From: Amoebophrya sp. A120
Lineage: Eukaryota > Protista > Dinoflagellata
Assembly: GCA_905178155.1 (NCBI GenBank)
Contig: CAJINV010000002.1
Coordinates: 12,409,621-12,473,620, forward strand
DNA: 64,000 bases
Direction: 5' to 3'
Position 1 is the stretch's first letter, and every line of letters starts with the position of its first letter. The translations under genes were made by a program, and so were the position numbers. A model generated the notes under the pieces. That model searched no databases. It saw only the letters and a list, made by a program, of their open reading frames with translations, and was not told the DNA's origin. Below, in pieces: positions 35,357 to 46,406 of this stretch.

Positions 35357-36204
35357 GATAAAGTCAATAAGATGTGATTGAGTTCAGGTTTACATTTGAG
35401 TACTACTCCCGGGTCAAAAATGTGAATCGGAAGATAGTCATGTCATTCCTCGGGAAAACCCAACCCATAAGTCGAAAAAACCAACCTTCTACCTAGGGTA
35501 GTACTTAAAAATTATTGCACCATGAAACAGAAACTGCAAAAGTCGAAAATAGAAAAGTGTTTTCTTCATCAAAAATTTTTTCAAAGATCCCAGGAAAGTC
35601 TAGACAATCTACAGTAGATACCTGCACTTTTTTGTTTCCCAACACGACCACGAGTCAAGAAGGCACGAATTGCTGCTGTATCGAGTAAATCTAAGGCGAT
35701 GAGAAAATGTGGAAGCGAAGATGATCATCCCGCAAAAGCTATTAAGTACGTACTATAAAACCATCCTCAAGATTTTAGCAGCACGACGGTGCGAAGATAA
35801 CAGGTCATGACTCGACCCGATACGACGTGGCAGCTGCCCGGTCCACACACCCAACTTCCTGCACGTCGAGGCACGATGACGATACTAACGAGCGAGGAAC
35901 AAGAGTAATCGGTAGCGGAATCGAATTCTCACTTCACCCAAAAGATAAAGTTTTCCTTCCGGAATCCGTGTTTGTAGAAACCGATAGTACAATGGGATGT
36001 TCATGTTGATTCTCCAGCTATTAAATGATAAACTGTAACTGAAACGAAAAGCGCGCTGAACATTATTCATGTTTTTCCGTTTTTTTGCTTCCCCTGGTGA
36101 ACATGTTTGATTTTTTGTTTACGTTTTGCGATTGCGATGTCGTTTGCAATTTCCATCCGCACGTGTCATAGCGAGTTGTATCTACTTGCAGGTCGTCAAC
36201 ACCA

Positions 36205-39200
36205 TCAACCCTGCAAGCGGCTTTCAAGGTTCTTCAAAGTGTCGTGCGTGTGTTGGAAAATTTTCGCCCACTCTGCGTCCATGATGCCTTCGTCCAGTTT
36301 GTTAAAAACCTTTTTCGTCACATTGCGGATCGAGAAATGCAGTGCACGCTTGTCCTTCTGCTTCTCGACGTACAGTGTGTCCTCTTCTTTCATGTGCTGC
36401 AGGACGTTAAGCACCAAGTCCGTCAGGCCACACAGATTTTCCACCAAGTTGTGGAGCCGCCGTCCGAAGGCGGTGTGGCGCTTGGTATTGACTTCCGGTG
36501 CTCCGTCATTTCCTTGACCCGCGTTCTTTTGCACCTTTTCTTCGCCGACGAGCGTGACCATTTGCGTCTCCATGTTGCTCCACATGCCGGCGTTAAGTTG
36601 GCGAAATTCCTTCATTCGGCTTTCGTACGCAGCGGAAAAATCGCCCTCGAACATCTGCAACAACCCCAACAGTTTCCACGCCATGGCATCGACATTTGCC
36701 GTGGCCGCGGTTACGTCGGTCAACAGTCGCAATACAGACTCCCGCTCCCTTTTGATTCGCTTTTCCCTTTGTTCCAGTTTTTCCTGCTGTTCCCTCTGGT
36801 CCTTTTTCTTCTGAGCTAGCTTCTCTGCGGCCTCAGCCGAAACGAGTTCTTCGTCTTCATCGGCGGTAGTGCGCCGAACTTCTGGTTCTGTCCCCGGTGA
36901 GTCACAGCCAGGTCCTCCTGTAGTACTCTTGGGCGACTGCGTCGAGCACGGACTGGCTTGGTCATCATGGACGTCGACCTGTTTCTGCTCCCCTTCTTCG
37001 CTCTTCGCCTCCAGAACGTGGGAAACGAGCAGAGCCAAGATCTTCATGTCAGGCAGTTTTTTGAGGTCCACGACCAGTTTCTTTACTGCGCGGCAGCACC
37101 CTACGACATCGCGCACGTGAAGGCAGATGCTCAGGTTGCTCTCCCACAATTTGTAATTGTACATGCTGCGTCGGCAGGCTTCTCCGATCGCGGCCTGCGC
37201 ATCCGCGTACTGACCAAGCCGCGCGTAACAAGCAGCCAAATTTCCGTAGCACTCCGCTCCTGCCTCGTCCTCCCCTTGCGCCACGGGGTCCACGCTTGAC
37301 GCATTCGCGCGCCGGTACGTTGCGGACTTCAAGAAGGCAACCGCGGCTTGCTGGAAGTCGTCACGTCGCATGCGCAGGCATCCCAGAGAAAACCAGGCTG
37401 ACGGGTGAAAGGGGTTGATCTTCAAGGCTGTCGCGAATGCGCGGTCTGCCTTTTCCAAAAGAGTATCGCGGTCCATGTCAGTCTGAGACTTCGATTCCTC
37501 TGAATCCTCTGCGTCCCCTCCCATTCGCAGTGACTTGCGGAAGTACAGAAACCCGAGACTGCGACCCGCGCGCGGATGGTGCTGCTCGGACAGATCCCAA
37601 GCTTGTTGGTAGTAGTGCTCCGCGGGGTGCGGCAACAGGTGGTCCTGCGCGTGAGAGCAGGACTCCTCGTCTTCCTCGTCGACGGTGCTGAGTTGCTGGC
37701 CCATCCTAACCACACTCTGTGTCACCTGGTCGTCGATTTCGTCCTCGGCCAAGTCGCCCAGGCAACAGAGCAAGCGGCACTTCAAAGTACGGCTGGACTG
37801 CGACTCGGACAAACGTCGCAAAATCAGCTGCACGGCGTCCCGCCTGCGGTCCGCAGCAATCAGACAGTCCACCGCCTCTGCCCACATCTTTAGCTGCTGG
37901 AAGTGTTCGCACGCGGTCAGTGCCATGCCGCATTTCATCATGTTGAACCCAAACTCGCGCTGCAGCTCGTGCCGAAGGGGGTAGCCCGTGGCGTGCAGAA
38001 ACTGTAGGCGCTCCGTTACCTCGGCTGTGAGGTGATTCTGCTTCTGGTGGTTTTCTTGCGCAGGCGACATTGGTTCCGCTCCATCAACTTCTTCGCCATG
38101 ATTGTACAAGTTGACCAGTTCCTGGAGTTGTAGCACCGCCCGCTCCTTCGTGTGCACGCGCGTGTACTCGTGCTTACACCGAAACCAGAGTCCGGTGGCG
38201 GAGCACATCCAGTTGGGATTTTCCACGGCGCCCAATTCCCGTGCCTCCTCGGCGCTCTCCGCGAAGGCAATGCTGCTCCGCACGACCCGCTCAGCGATCG
38301 CGCCGACCTGCTCTAGCATCAACTTGTCCTGCCTCGTCGCCCCTGTCCAATACAGATGCGCGAACGCAAGCAAGAGACACGTTTCGACCGGTGAGTTTAG
38401 TGCGGCGTCGTAGGACCAGTTGTCTTCCTTGTCCTCCACACACGGAGTGGCGAGCTGCGGAGTTTCCAGAATGTCGTTATCCGGATTTACCTCGTCCAGC
38501 GCGAGAATCTGTGGCTGCTGCTGTTGAGGATGCTTATTTGCGAATGCGACGTTCTCAACTGCATCAGGCTTTGCTCCACCTGTGGTCCTTTCTCCCTGCG
38601 TAGTCATTCTGTTTCCCTTCGTCACGACGACCAACTGTGCCACTTTGTGCGTTTGGTGCTTGCGCCTGATGCCCTCGATGCCGGTGAAGCGAAATTGGAA
38701 GTCTTCTAGCAATTCTCTCCCCGCAATCTGAAGCAACTCTTCCAACTTCTTTGCAATGTTAGAACTGTTCGCTTGCTGCACCGAGCATTGGTACCACGCC
38801 ATGCGCACGCAGAACTCCGCAACAAGCTGTGCAAAGAGGGTATTGTTTGCGACAATCAGGCTGCTTCCAGCATTCGCGTCCTCGTACTGCTGGACGCTCA
38901 GAACCGGAGCTCCGAATGTTTTTGACGACGAGTTTACCTTACCCGTAGAACAAACTACAGATTTCGCAGTCTTCGTCTCACCTGCCCTGTCGGACTCGTT
39001 CAGGTTCAGCTGATTCATCAAACCGGCTAAGCGATTTTGCGCTGCAACGTCTACTTCGCCATTGTCGGGCTCGGGCGCTGACGCACCACAACTGGTTGAT
39101 TGAAAGACATCTCCGCTTTTGCAACCTAGGACCTGGAGGAAGCCGCTATGGAGATCGACCTTCCCGGCCAGCTCGAAGTAGCTTGCCAACCATGCTCCAA

Positions 39201-39900
39201 ACTCATTCACCGAAGTCTGTCGCAATGATTGTACATGACCCTCCCCTCGATCGGACGCCTCTGCGAGCGTGCGTTGCCATACGAAGGCAAGACGGCTGTG
39301 CCATATCGGAGCACTTTGCAGTAGTGCACGACCATCCTGCGTAGTTGCAGATGATCCACCTGCTGTCGTGCGACACAAGGATCGCAACACCCGGTGACTC
39401 TGGTAAAGGAACGCCGGTACCAGCGTCAACTCATGCGCTTCCTCGCCGTCGATTTGAAGCAGGTCCAAAGCGGTGGTCTTCTTCAATATTTGATTTTCAT
39501 TTTCCACCTTCTCCAGAACGTCCTTGCAGAGCTCTTCGTCATGGAACCTGAGCACCTCCGCCGACAGTTTCGGGCCGGTCACGTTCGCCTGCAGAAAGAG
39601 CTGAAAGCAACAAACTGCATAGAGTAGATGCGATTCTTGCTGTGCCACCTCGCTCGCAGAGATGTCGCTAAGATCATCGCTTTTCAGCTCGCGGTGCAGT
39701 TCCCGCAGCACCGGGAAATAATTCCCTTGGCGAAAGTGCTCGACGTGCTCTTCCTCGACCGCTGAATTGGCGTTTCTGTTTTGCTCGTCGGTCGTGTGAT
39801 CGCCGGACGTGCACTGCAGCAGAATGCGCTCTACCTCAGTCAATGCCAAGCGCCGGCTTGCGGAAGATGAGGTCGCAGATGATTCTGCTTGCATTTTCAA
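36205..39900 (-). CDS. TTC27: Tetratricopeptide repeat protein TTC27/Emw1-like
   Basis: FLQANVTGP, DGE, ERAVLQLQELV, YYQQAWDLS...RAGRSLG, AWFSLGC and YKLWESN match the TTC27 family layout. Confidence 0.85.
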   Translation of the reverse strand: MKMQAESSATSSSASRRLALTEVERILLQCTSGDHTTDEQNRNANSAVEEEHVEHFRQGNYFPVLRELHRELKSDDLSDISASEVAQQESHLLYAVCCFQLFLQANVTGPKLSAEVLRFHDEELCKDVLEKVENENQILKKTTALDLLQIDGEEAHELTLVPAFLYQSHRVLRSLCRTTAGGSSATTQDGRALLQSAPIWHSRLAFVWQRTLAEASDRGEGHVQSLRQTSVNEFGAWLASYFELAGKVDLHSGFLQVLGCKSGDVFQSTSCGASAPEPDNGEVDVAAQNRLAGLMNQLNLNESDRAGETKTAKSVVCSTGKVNSSSKTFGAPVLSVQQYEDANAGSSLIVANNTLFAQLVAEFCVRMAWYQCSVQQANSSNIAKKLEELLQIAGRELLEDFQFRFTGIEGIRRKHQTHKVAQLVVVTKGNRMTTQGERTTGGAKPDAVENVAFANKHPQQQQPQILALDEVNPDNDILETPQLATPCVEDKEDNWSYDAALNSPVETCLLLAFAHLYWTGATRQDKLMLEQVGAIAERVVRSSIAFAESAEEARELGAVENPNWMCSATGLWFRCKHEYTRVHTKERAVLQLQELVNLYNHGEEVDGAEPMSPAQENHQKQNHLTAEVTERLQFLHATGYPLRHELQREFGFNMMKCGMALTACEHFQQLKMWAEAVDCLIAADRRRDAVQLILRRLSESQSSRTLKCRLLCCLGDLAEDEIDDQVTQSVVRMGQQLSTVDEEDEESCSHAQDHLLPHPAEHYYQQAWDLSEQHHPRAGRSLGFLYFRKSLRMGGDAEDSEESKSQTDMDRDTLLEKADRAFATALKINPFHPSAWFSLGCLRMRRDDFQQAAVAFLKSATYRRANASSVDPVAQGEDEAGAECYGNLAACYARLGQYADAQAAIGEACRRSMYNYKLWESNLSICLHVRDVVGCCRAVKKLVVDLKKLPDMKILALLVSHVLEAKSEEGEQKQVDVHDDQASPCSTQSPKSTTGGPGCDSPGTEPEVRRTTADEDEELVSAEAAEKLAQKKKDQREQQEKLEQREKRIKRERESVLRLLTDVTAATANVDAMAWKLLGLLQMFEGDFSAAYESRMKEFRQLNAGMWSNMETQMVTLVGEEKVQKNAGQGNDGAPEVNTKRHTAFGRRLHNLVENLCGLTDLVLNVLQHMKEEDTLYVEKQKDKRALHFSIRNVTKKVFNKLDEGIMDAEWAKIFQHTHDTLKNLESRLQG

Positions 39901-40584
39901 TTTTCTATTGTATTCTTGAATTTGCTAAACAATTATCGCACAGAATGCACGTATGCGGACGCACCAAAACAAAAGTAAATGCTGTTATTTACATCCAGGA
40001 TTGACTGAAAGAAAAGCATATACTCGCTCTGGCCTGTTAAAGGAGAAAGAGAGTGCAGATGAAGCACAAAAGACGAATAAACTACAGGTACATGTCGTTA
40101 TAGTTGTTCAATCCATTTTTTACCTTACCATGTGAAAAAAGATGAACCTAGAGCTGAGGGATCACGCGTAGCGGATTTTCAAGATCGACAATACTTGATC
40201 GGAATGTCGTATCTCTGAAGATCTTGCACGGAAAAACATTTCACGATAGTAATCATGATCTGCTTCTATGTGCTGGCCCTGGGCCTGGCTCAGTCATGCA
40301 CGGCTGCATGATCTTTTTCGATGCCAGGAGCTTTGTTTCGATCTTCATCTTTTTCTTTACTATGGCAACATCACCATTACCTTCACGGTACAAACTTGAT
40401 GAAATGAGGGAACACAAATTGCCTAGCCCCATTGCAATTTCACTTTTCAGTGACGAAAAGTCACCGGCTCACTCGCGCGAAAATCGTACTCGATTTTCGA
40501 AGTCAACATCAATATCAAGCGTGATCTCAACTAACACAGACATTTCAGATCGGATTCTGTGCTAGGTGACAGAATCATTCGCGC

Positions 40585-42633
40585 TTATGTCGTTTGCATG
40601 GGTTCATGCGATGTCGCTGCTTGTGCGAGCTTACGTCGCTTCGACTTTTGGTCTTTGGGATTTACTCCGTCCTGTTGCTGTTTTGCGGCCATAAATTTTT
40701 CATCCAGCTCCCGCTTTTCCTCTGCCGGGTCTGTTTCGTCCTCGGTCCTGCGGAAGGGCATGTCCAGCAAGTCGTTCGACAGCCTGGACATGCACCGCCG
40801 GATGATGTAGGCCACGCCACAGTTGCGCACGTAGAGGTCGCGGCTGAACACGTCCAAGTCTCGTCGGAACTGCTTGTTTCCGGGCAGATTACAAAACAAA
40901 CCGAGCACCGGCTTCAGGCACCGGGCAACGCACCCGGAGCTCACCTTGACGTTCGGGTTGTTGTGCCGGTTCTTGCGCGATTGCTTCACACCCAGGGCCA
41001 GAAACTCCTTGTCGGAGCTCTTTAGCGTCTCAATCGCCTGCGCGGTTGCATCCTCGATCGCCTTCGAGGTCTGGTCGTTCCGCTGCTCGGACGGCACGCT
41101 GTACAAGCAGCGACAGATTGGGCAGAGGCAGTGCTGGTGATGCCTTAAACAAGATTCTACAACTCCGGTCTCCTGAAGAACCGGCGCTGCTGTCTCCTGC
41201 GTGCCGTCACTTTGTCGCGACTGCTCGTGCTCCGGCGCCGTCGACGGCGAAGATGCTTCCGTGCTTTTCGGTGTTCCCGCAGCTGCGGCCATGGCAGTCG
41301 ATTGCTGGGCCTGCACGCACTGCGGAGGATAGAGCTGCTCCAGGTACGCACAGTACTTGTCAAGGACCTGGCGTCGCGTTTGGTTCGGATTCTCAGTGTC
41401 TCCGTAGTAGTACCGGTCGGCATCCGCGAAAATACTCGGGTTCTCCATAGCCGCTCGACCCAGCATCACCCCGCGCAAATTCGCAGGAGCGTGCGTTCGC
41501 GGGTGGCAGTTTGCGTTCGGGTACTCTGACAAGAATTGGCCAGCAGTTTCCTCGCTTCGAGCGGAAGTCGTGTCGGCCTCCATCTCCAAAGATACATTTT
41601 CTGCAACAGGAGTGCTAGGTCGCTCTACCTTCTGCTCCTGCTTCCCTTCATTTCGAGCTGCTTCTCCCGGAGCTGCACTTGTCTCCTCGTTTTGTTTTTG
41701 ACACGTCTTCCTTCGCTTCTGCGCTGTTTCCCTTTCCTCGACCGTTGTCGCGGTTCCGTACGCAAGCTCCTTTGCTTGGCGCAGAGTCTTGACTCCGCCG
41801 TTGAGCCAGAACTCGCAGTCGGGAAATTTGTCGCACATTTCAAACACTCTGGCGTAGTTCAGCGGCGGGATGCTGCGGTTCTGCGCCGGTGTGAGGCCTT
41901 TCAAGATGCACTTCCTGGCGTGCAGGATGAATTTTCGAACTCCGGACTCCCGCACGACGGTGATGAACTTTTCCAGAAATTCGCTGTTGTCGCAGTCGTC
42001 CACTCCAATTCGAGTTTTCACCGAGAGATCGACCGCGAGGTTCTTCTCTTTACATGCCTCTGCGATCGCCTGCATCACGTCGCGCACGGTTTCCGGCTTC
42101 TTCATCAGCACCGCGCCGAACTCGCCCTTCCCGGAGACACGGTCCGAGGGGCACCCGCAGTTCAGATTCACGTGCTTGTACTGGTACTTTTCCCCGGCAA
42201 TGATTTCGGTCGCTTTTGCGCAGGTGTCCGGGTCATTGCCGCCCAGCTGGAGCACCATGGGCTCCTCGACGCGGCAGTAGTCAAGGTGATAGTCGAGGTT
42301 GTCGGAGTGCAAAATCGTTTGGTCCACGTGCATTTCGGTCCAATTTACCATGCGCCGGGACAGAAGCCGCATAAAGTACCGAAACTCCCGCGTCGTCACG
42401 TCCAGCATCGGAGCCAAGTCCAATGTCTTCGTACCAAAGGTGGGGTCGTGGAAAAAACCCTCATGTTGACACCGTTCTGAAGATGCTTGGTCGGCAGCAA
42501 TTTTGCCGGCGGAACTTTTCCGTTTTGGGGTCGTCGTCGATGTTATCGTTGTAGTAGGCGGGTTACAATTTTCTGTGCTGTTGAGAAGCTCCTCTCTTGG
42601 GGAAGGCGGGGCCTTCGCCTGTTGCACCGCCAT
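40585..42633 (-). CDS. dusA: tRNA-dihydrouridine synthase, DusA type
   Basis: LAPMLDVTTREFRYFMRLLS...TEM, LQLGGNDP, NLNCGCPSDRV..GEFGAVLM, VKTRIGVDD, HARKCILKGLTPAQNRSIPPLNY and GVMLGRAA motifs. Confidence 0.92.
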   Translation of the reverse strand: MAVQQAKAPPSPREELLNSTENCNPPTTTITSTTTPKRKSSAGKIAADQASSERCQHEGFFHDPTFGTKTLDLAPMLDVTTREFRYFMRLLSRRMVNWTEMHVDQTILHSDNLDYHLDYCRVEEPMVLQLGGNDPDTCAKATEIIAGEKYQYKHVNLNCGCPSDRVSGKGEFGAVLMKKPETVRDVMQAIAEACKEKNLAVDLSVKTRIGVDDCDNSEFLEKFITVVRESGVRKFILHARKCILKGLTPAQNRSIPPLNYARVFEMCDKFPDCEFWLNGGVKTLRQAKELAYGTATTVEERETAQKRRKTCQKQNEETSAAPGEAARNEGKQEQKVERPSTPVAENVSLEMEADTTSARSEETAGQFLSEYPNANCHPRTHAPANLRGVMLGRAAMENPSIFADADRYYYGDTENPNQTRRQVLDKYCAYLEQLYPPQCVQAQQSTAMAAAAGTPKSTEASSPSTAPEHEQSRQSDGTQETAAPVLQETGVVESCLRHHQHCLCPICRCLYSVPSEQRNDQTSKAIEDATAQAIETLKSSDKEFLALGVKQSRKNRHNNPNVKVSSGCVARCLKPVLGLFCNLPGNKQFRRDLDVFSRDLYVRNCGVAYIIRRCMSRLSNDLLDMPFRRTEDETDPAEEKRELDEKFMAAKQQQDGVNPKDQKSKRRKLAQAATSHEPMQTT

Positions 42634-43363
42634 TGTTTTTGACCGATGTGTTTAATTTGACCAGCAGACTGGCGATGTACACGATATGTATGGGTACCTA
42701 CTAACTTGTGCTTGTGGGGTAAGAGCTTACTTCTAAAAAGATTCTGCTTCTCCAACGCGTTGAAATCCATGAAATAGAGAGGGTCGCTGCAGAGTAGAGA
42801 ATTATGCGACAAAAAATCTAAACTCTGCTTTGTGCATGAGGATCTTCTTTGTGGATCTTCAATCTTTTTTTCCTTTTCGCCTTACCATACGCATACACAA
42901 CAATTTGTGATCCTGAAGACTCCACTAGATCCAGCTATAACGCGCTCCATGATCATGAAGATCTGTGAAAAGAATTTTCCCTACCAACATCAGACATAGC
43001 GAAGTTGTATGCTCGATTTTTTCTTTTCTCTTTCATCTTGTTCGCAAGCTGCTGCAGCTTCAGCTCGTTGTACCGACCGACATAAAAACTGATCTCTTTC
43101 AGTTTCAGTTTCTCCTACCGAGGTATAAAACTGACCTTTTTACACCGCAACAAGTATTCGCGCGGCCAGGGAGTCTAGATGGAGTGGATCTGAACATCAT
43201 TTCAGAAGACAGCATACGGCGGTGGAATCCTTCCACACGTTGGCGTCAAAGTGCTGGATACGTGCAGCGCGATTGCTTTGCTAGTAATGCTGATGCTCTA
43301 GATCTTTCTCATTCTCTTTGCGCCGTACCAGTATTATCGACTTATGGAAAAAAGCTATAAATG

Positions 43364-45508
43364 TCAAACGCATGCTTTTCCGTTGAAGAACAAGGTTCCT
43401 TTTGGCACTTGTTGCACAACAGTGGAGCAAACCTCGTGGTAGGATGGGCACTGTCCCTTCGGCGTCTCCAAGTTTCGAAACGCATCGTACTTGTGCTCGT
43501 ACTGCATTTCCGTGCATCCGGCCGCTTCGTAAGGACCCGTAGCTTCGTGGTAGCACTGGCGAAGTATGGTGCATCCCAGCTCGCTGCAGTCCTTGCCCTC
43601 GTCGTGCAACCCGGTTATCTTTACAAATTTTTGAAATTGAGCTTTATTTTCGAATGCGTCATGTTCAAACCCAAAGATGAAAAAAAAGAAAAACACTGTA
43701 GGAGCGGGGTAACAAATGACCCGTTAACTCGCGCCCGCGAGTTAACCGTCCGCCCGGCCGGCCGGACGGTTAACTCGCGGCTTGGAGTGTAGACAAATCG
43801 CAAGGTCTTAAAAATCCACCCCGAAGTGCTCGCCAATCCTCATTAAAGCATGCTGATTGAGAATTTTCTCGCGCTTATTTTGAAATGAAATTGATTGCAA
43901 AACACGACGGAAAAGCCGTAACTGGATTCATTTTTTGCAATTCGAAACTGGGAAAGATTTTCAGCAACACACCCAACACCAGCAGCAGGAACAGGCCGAC
44001 TGAAGCAAGATCTTAGCTCGCAGGCGGATTTTCGCTCGCCCTGTTCTAGCGGTGACGCATGAAAAACTTTCCCAATTTCGAATTGCAAAAAATGCAGCCT
44101 CTTGCGGCTTTTTCGCCGAGTTTTGCAATCAATTCCATTTATAAATAAGCACAGTAAATGAATTCTGAATATATAAGCACGCTGCAGTGAGGATTGGCGA
44201 GCGCTTCGGGTTAGATTTGCACCACCTTGCGATTTGTCTACACTCCAAGCCGCGAGTTAACCGTCCGGCCGGCCGGGCGGACGGTTAACTCGCGGGTGCG
44301 AGTTAACGGGTCATTTGTTACCCCGCTCTAGTAATATGTACTACTTACTGCATCAGAAAGTCCACCAAACGTGGTACTAACATCAATAAATGAATCACTC
44401 TTACCCTGACTTTGAAGAGATCGTCTGCCGTTTTTTCCAGCATTTCGACCCGATCTACCTTTAGGTTCCCGATCACCAGCGCCAGCCCATCGTCCACCGC
44501 GTTCAGCGGGCAATCCGGTGTGACACACCGGGGGTCCCGCGTGTCATTTTCGCAGGAGAACCCCGCGTCGTGGACCTGATCCAGGTAGCGCGCCACGGGC
44601 TTCGGGATGTAATCTAATTTTCCGACCGTGTTTTGCCAATTTTCGATGACCCCGCGCTCCCCGGGCGCGACGATGGGCAGCTGGTCCCAGGGGATCCGCT
44701 CCGCCGGCCCGGCAATCACGGTTTCGTGCACGCCGCTCCGGCTGCTGCGCGTGGTGGCGTCGGGGACGACGGCCTTGTTATCCACCTTGGGAAACAGCAC
44801 GTCCCCGTTGGGCCAGGTCCCGTCGGCCGGCTTGACGGCGTAGTCCAAAATTTGGTGCCCCCCCTTGCCATACTTGACGCGGTGCGGCTTTTTGTGGTAG
44901 TACAGCACGTCCTTCTTGTTCGACTCGTCCGCCCCCGGCTCGTCGGAAGGTTCGTTCGGAAAAGTCTCGGGAAGGAGGTAGGGTGGGAACACTTGCGAGT
45001 TCATCCACATGCCACTGATCGTCGATGGCACGACGGGGTCGCCCACTTCGTCCATCGGCGCTGTGGGATTTAAGGAATCCAGGTAGGGGTAGAACCGGCT
45101 ATACGTGTGCACGTTCGTCGTCTCTTCCACATCCAACTTTTTTCTGCGTGTCTTCCCATTCCGCTGCTGCTGCGCTTGTTCAGTACCGCTCTCTGCCTTC
45201 CTCGAACTGGTCCTTCCTCTCGACGCGGTGGAGGTTGTAGTGCTTTTTCGTCTACTGGCGCGGACTTTGCCTTTTTTCAGAAAGGACACGGTAGCGGAGC
45301 TATTTTCTTGCTGCCTACTGCTGGCGTCTTCCGCGTTCGCTGACAACACGAACGTGCTGCTTAGCAGCAGGGCGGAACTGCAGATGAAAAGCCCCAGTTT
45401 TGTCCGCGCAGTTGAACATACAGTCCTGCATGCTCCGCCGCACATTTTCATTTTGGGAGAAAACACTTGGCTGTTTTCCCCTGGATGAAGAGGCATAAAC
45501 GGCATCAC
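43364..45508 (-). CDS. Secreted Cys-containing hypothetical protein; exons 45508-44405 and 43618-43364
   Basis: Hydrophobic signal LGLFICSSALLLSSTFVLSANA. The intron AGG|GTAAGA...TAAAG|ATA gives in-frame FKVR|ITGLHDEGKDC and a Cys-rich C-terminus. Confidence 0.7.
43702..44328. mobile_element. 627-bp foldback/MITE element with long terminal inverted repeats and 3-bp TAG target-site duplication, inside an intron
   Basis: TAG[GAGCGGGGTAACAAATGACCCGTTAACTCGC...GCGAGTTAACGGGTCATTTGTTACCCCGCTC]TAG. Inverted homology continues imperfectly for about 260 bp per arm. No transposase is present. Confidence 0.92.
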
Positions 45509-46406
45509 CGTAACCGTTTTTCGTCGGTTCCTCTACTTCGCCCACCGAAACGTTATCATCCCGTTTCGGCGTAAGCGTTTCGCGGAGGTCGTGCCCAACG
45601 TCGCGCCATGAGTTTTCATGCGACTTGTCCTGGCGCTGTGCAATCACATTGCCGATGGCAATCACTCCTCAGACGAGTCCCTCTCGCCGGGGGGGGGTGG
45701 AGCAGCGCGAACTCAACCTAAAATGACGATGATCATGCCCCGCTTTATTGCTTTTGCTGCGTGAAACTAATCGTCAATGTGGTGACGGTGTCAACGCACT
45801 TCTTTGGCCGTTTCTTTACAACCAACTCGAACTCCGCTGCGCGCTTTGAGTGACGATCTATCGCTCTGGCAGCGCCCACAGGCCCTTGTTATTACGTACT
45901 TAATTCCTCTTCTGGTTTTTCCGCTCTCGCTCTCTTTTCGATTTGCAATTTGTAGTGCGTCGAGTCCTCCTGCACTTCTATGTATGTCTCATCACTTTCC
46001 CTCCTGTCTTTGCTTATGGCTTCTTGTGACTCTGATTGCGTTGATCAACAACCAAAATTCACGGCGGAGAACGCGTCGCAAAAAAACACGTGTTCGATGG
46101 GCGGGATGCCCGACTATGCTGTTCCTTGCAGTGTCTTCTGCTATGTTCATTTTCCCATTCGTTCGCGCCCTCGCGTTCGTATCACCCCACGAAGCCTGCC
46201 AGAGCGGTATCTTCTGTGTCTCTATTTCGTGCATCATGTTGCGAATAGCAACACAGATGCTCCTGTTGCGAAAGAACTACGCCCTCAGCAGACTCTGTAG
46301 TTCTGACTGAACCAAAGCTTTTGATCTACATCTTCTGTGCTTGTTGTTTCGAAAACATCCAAGAACTCAACTTTTAGTATTACGTGCTCATGGTGCAATT
46401 CCAGTG

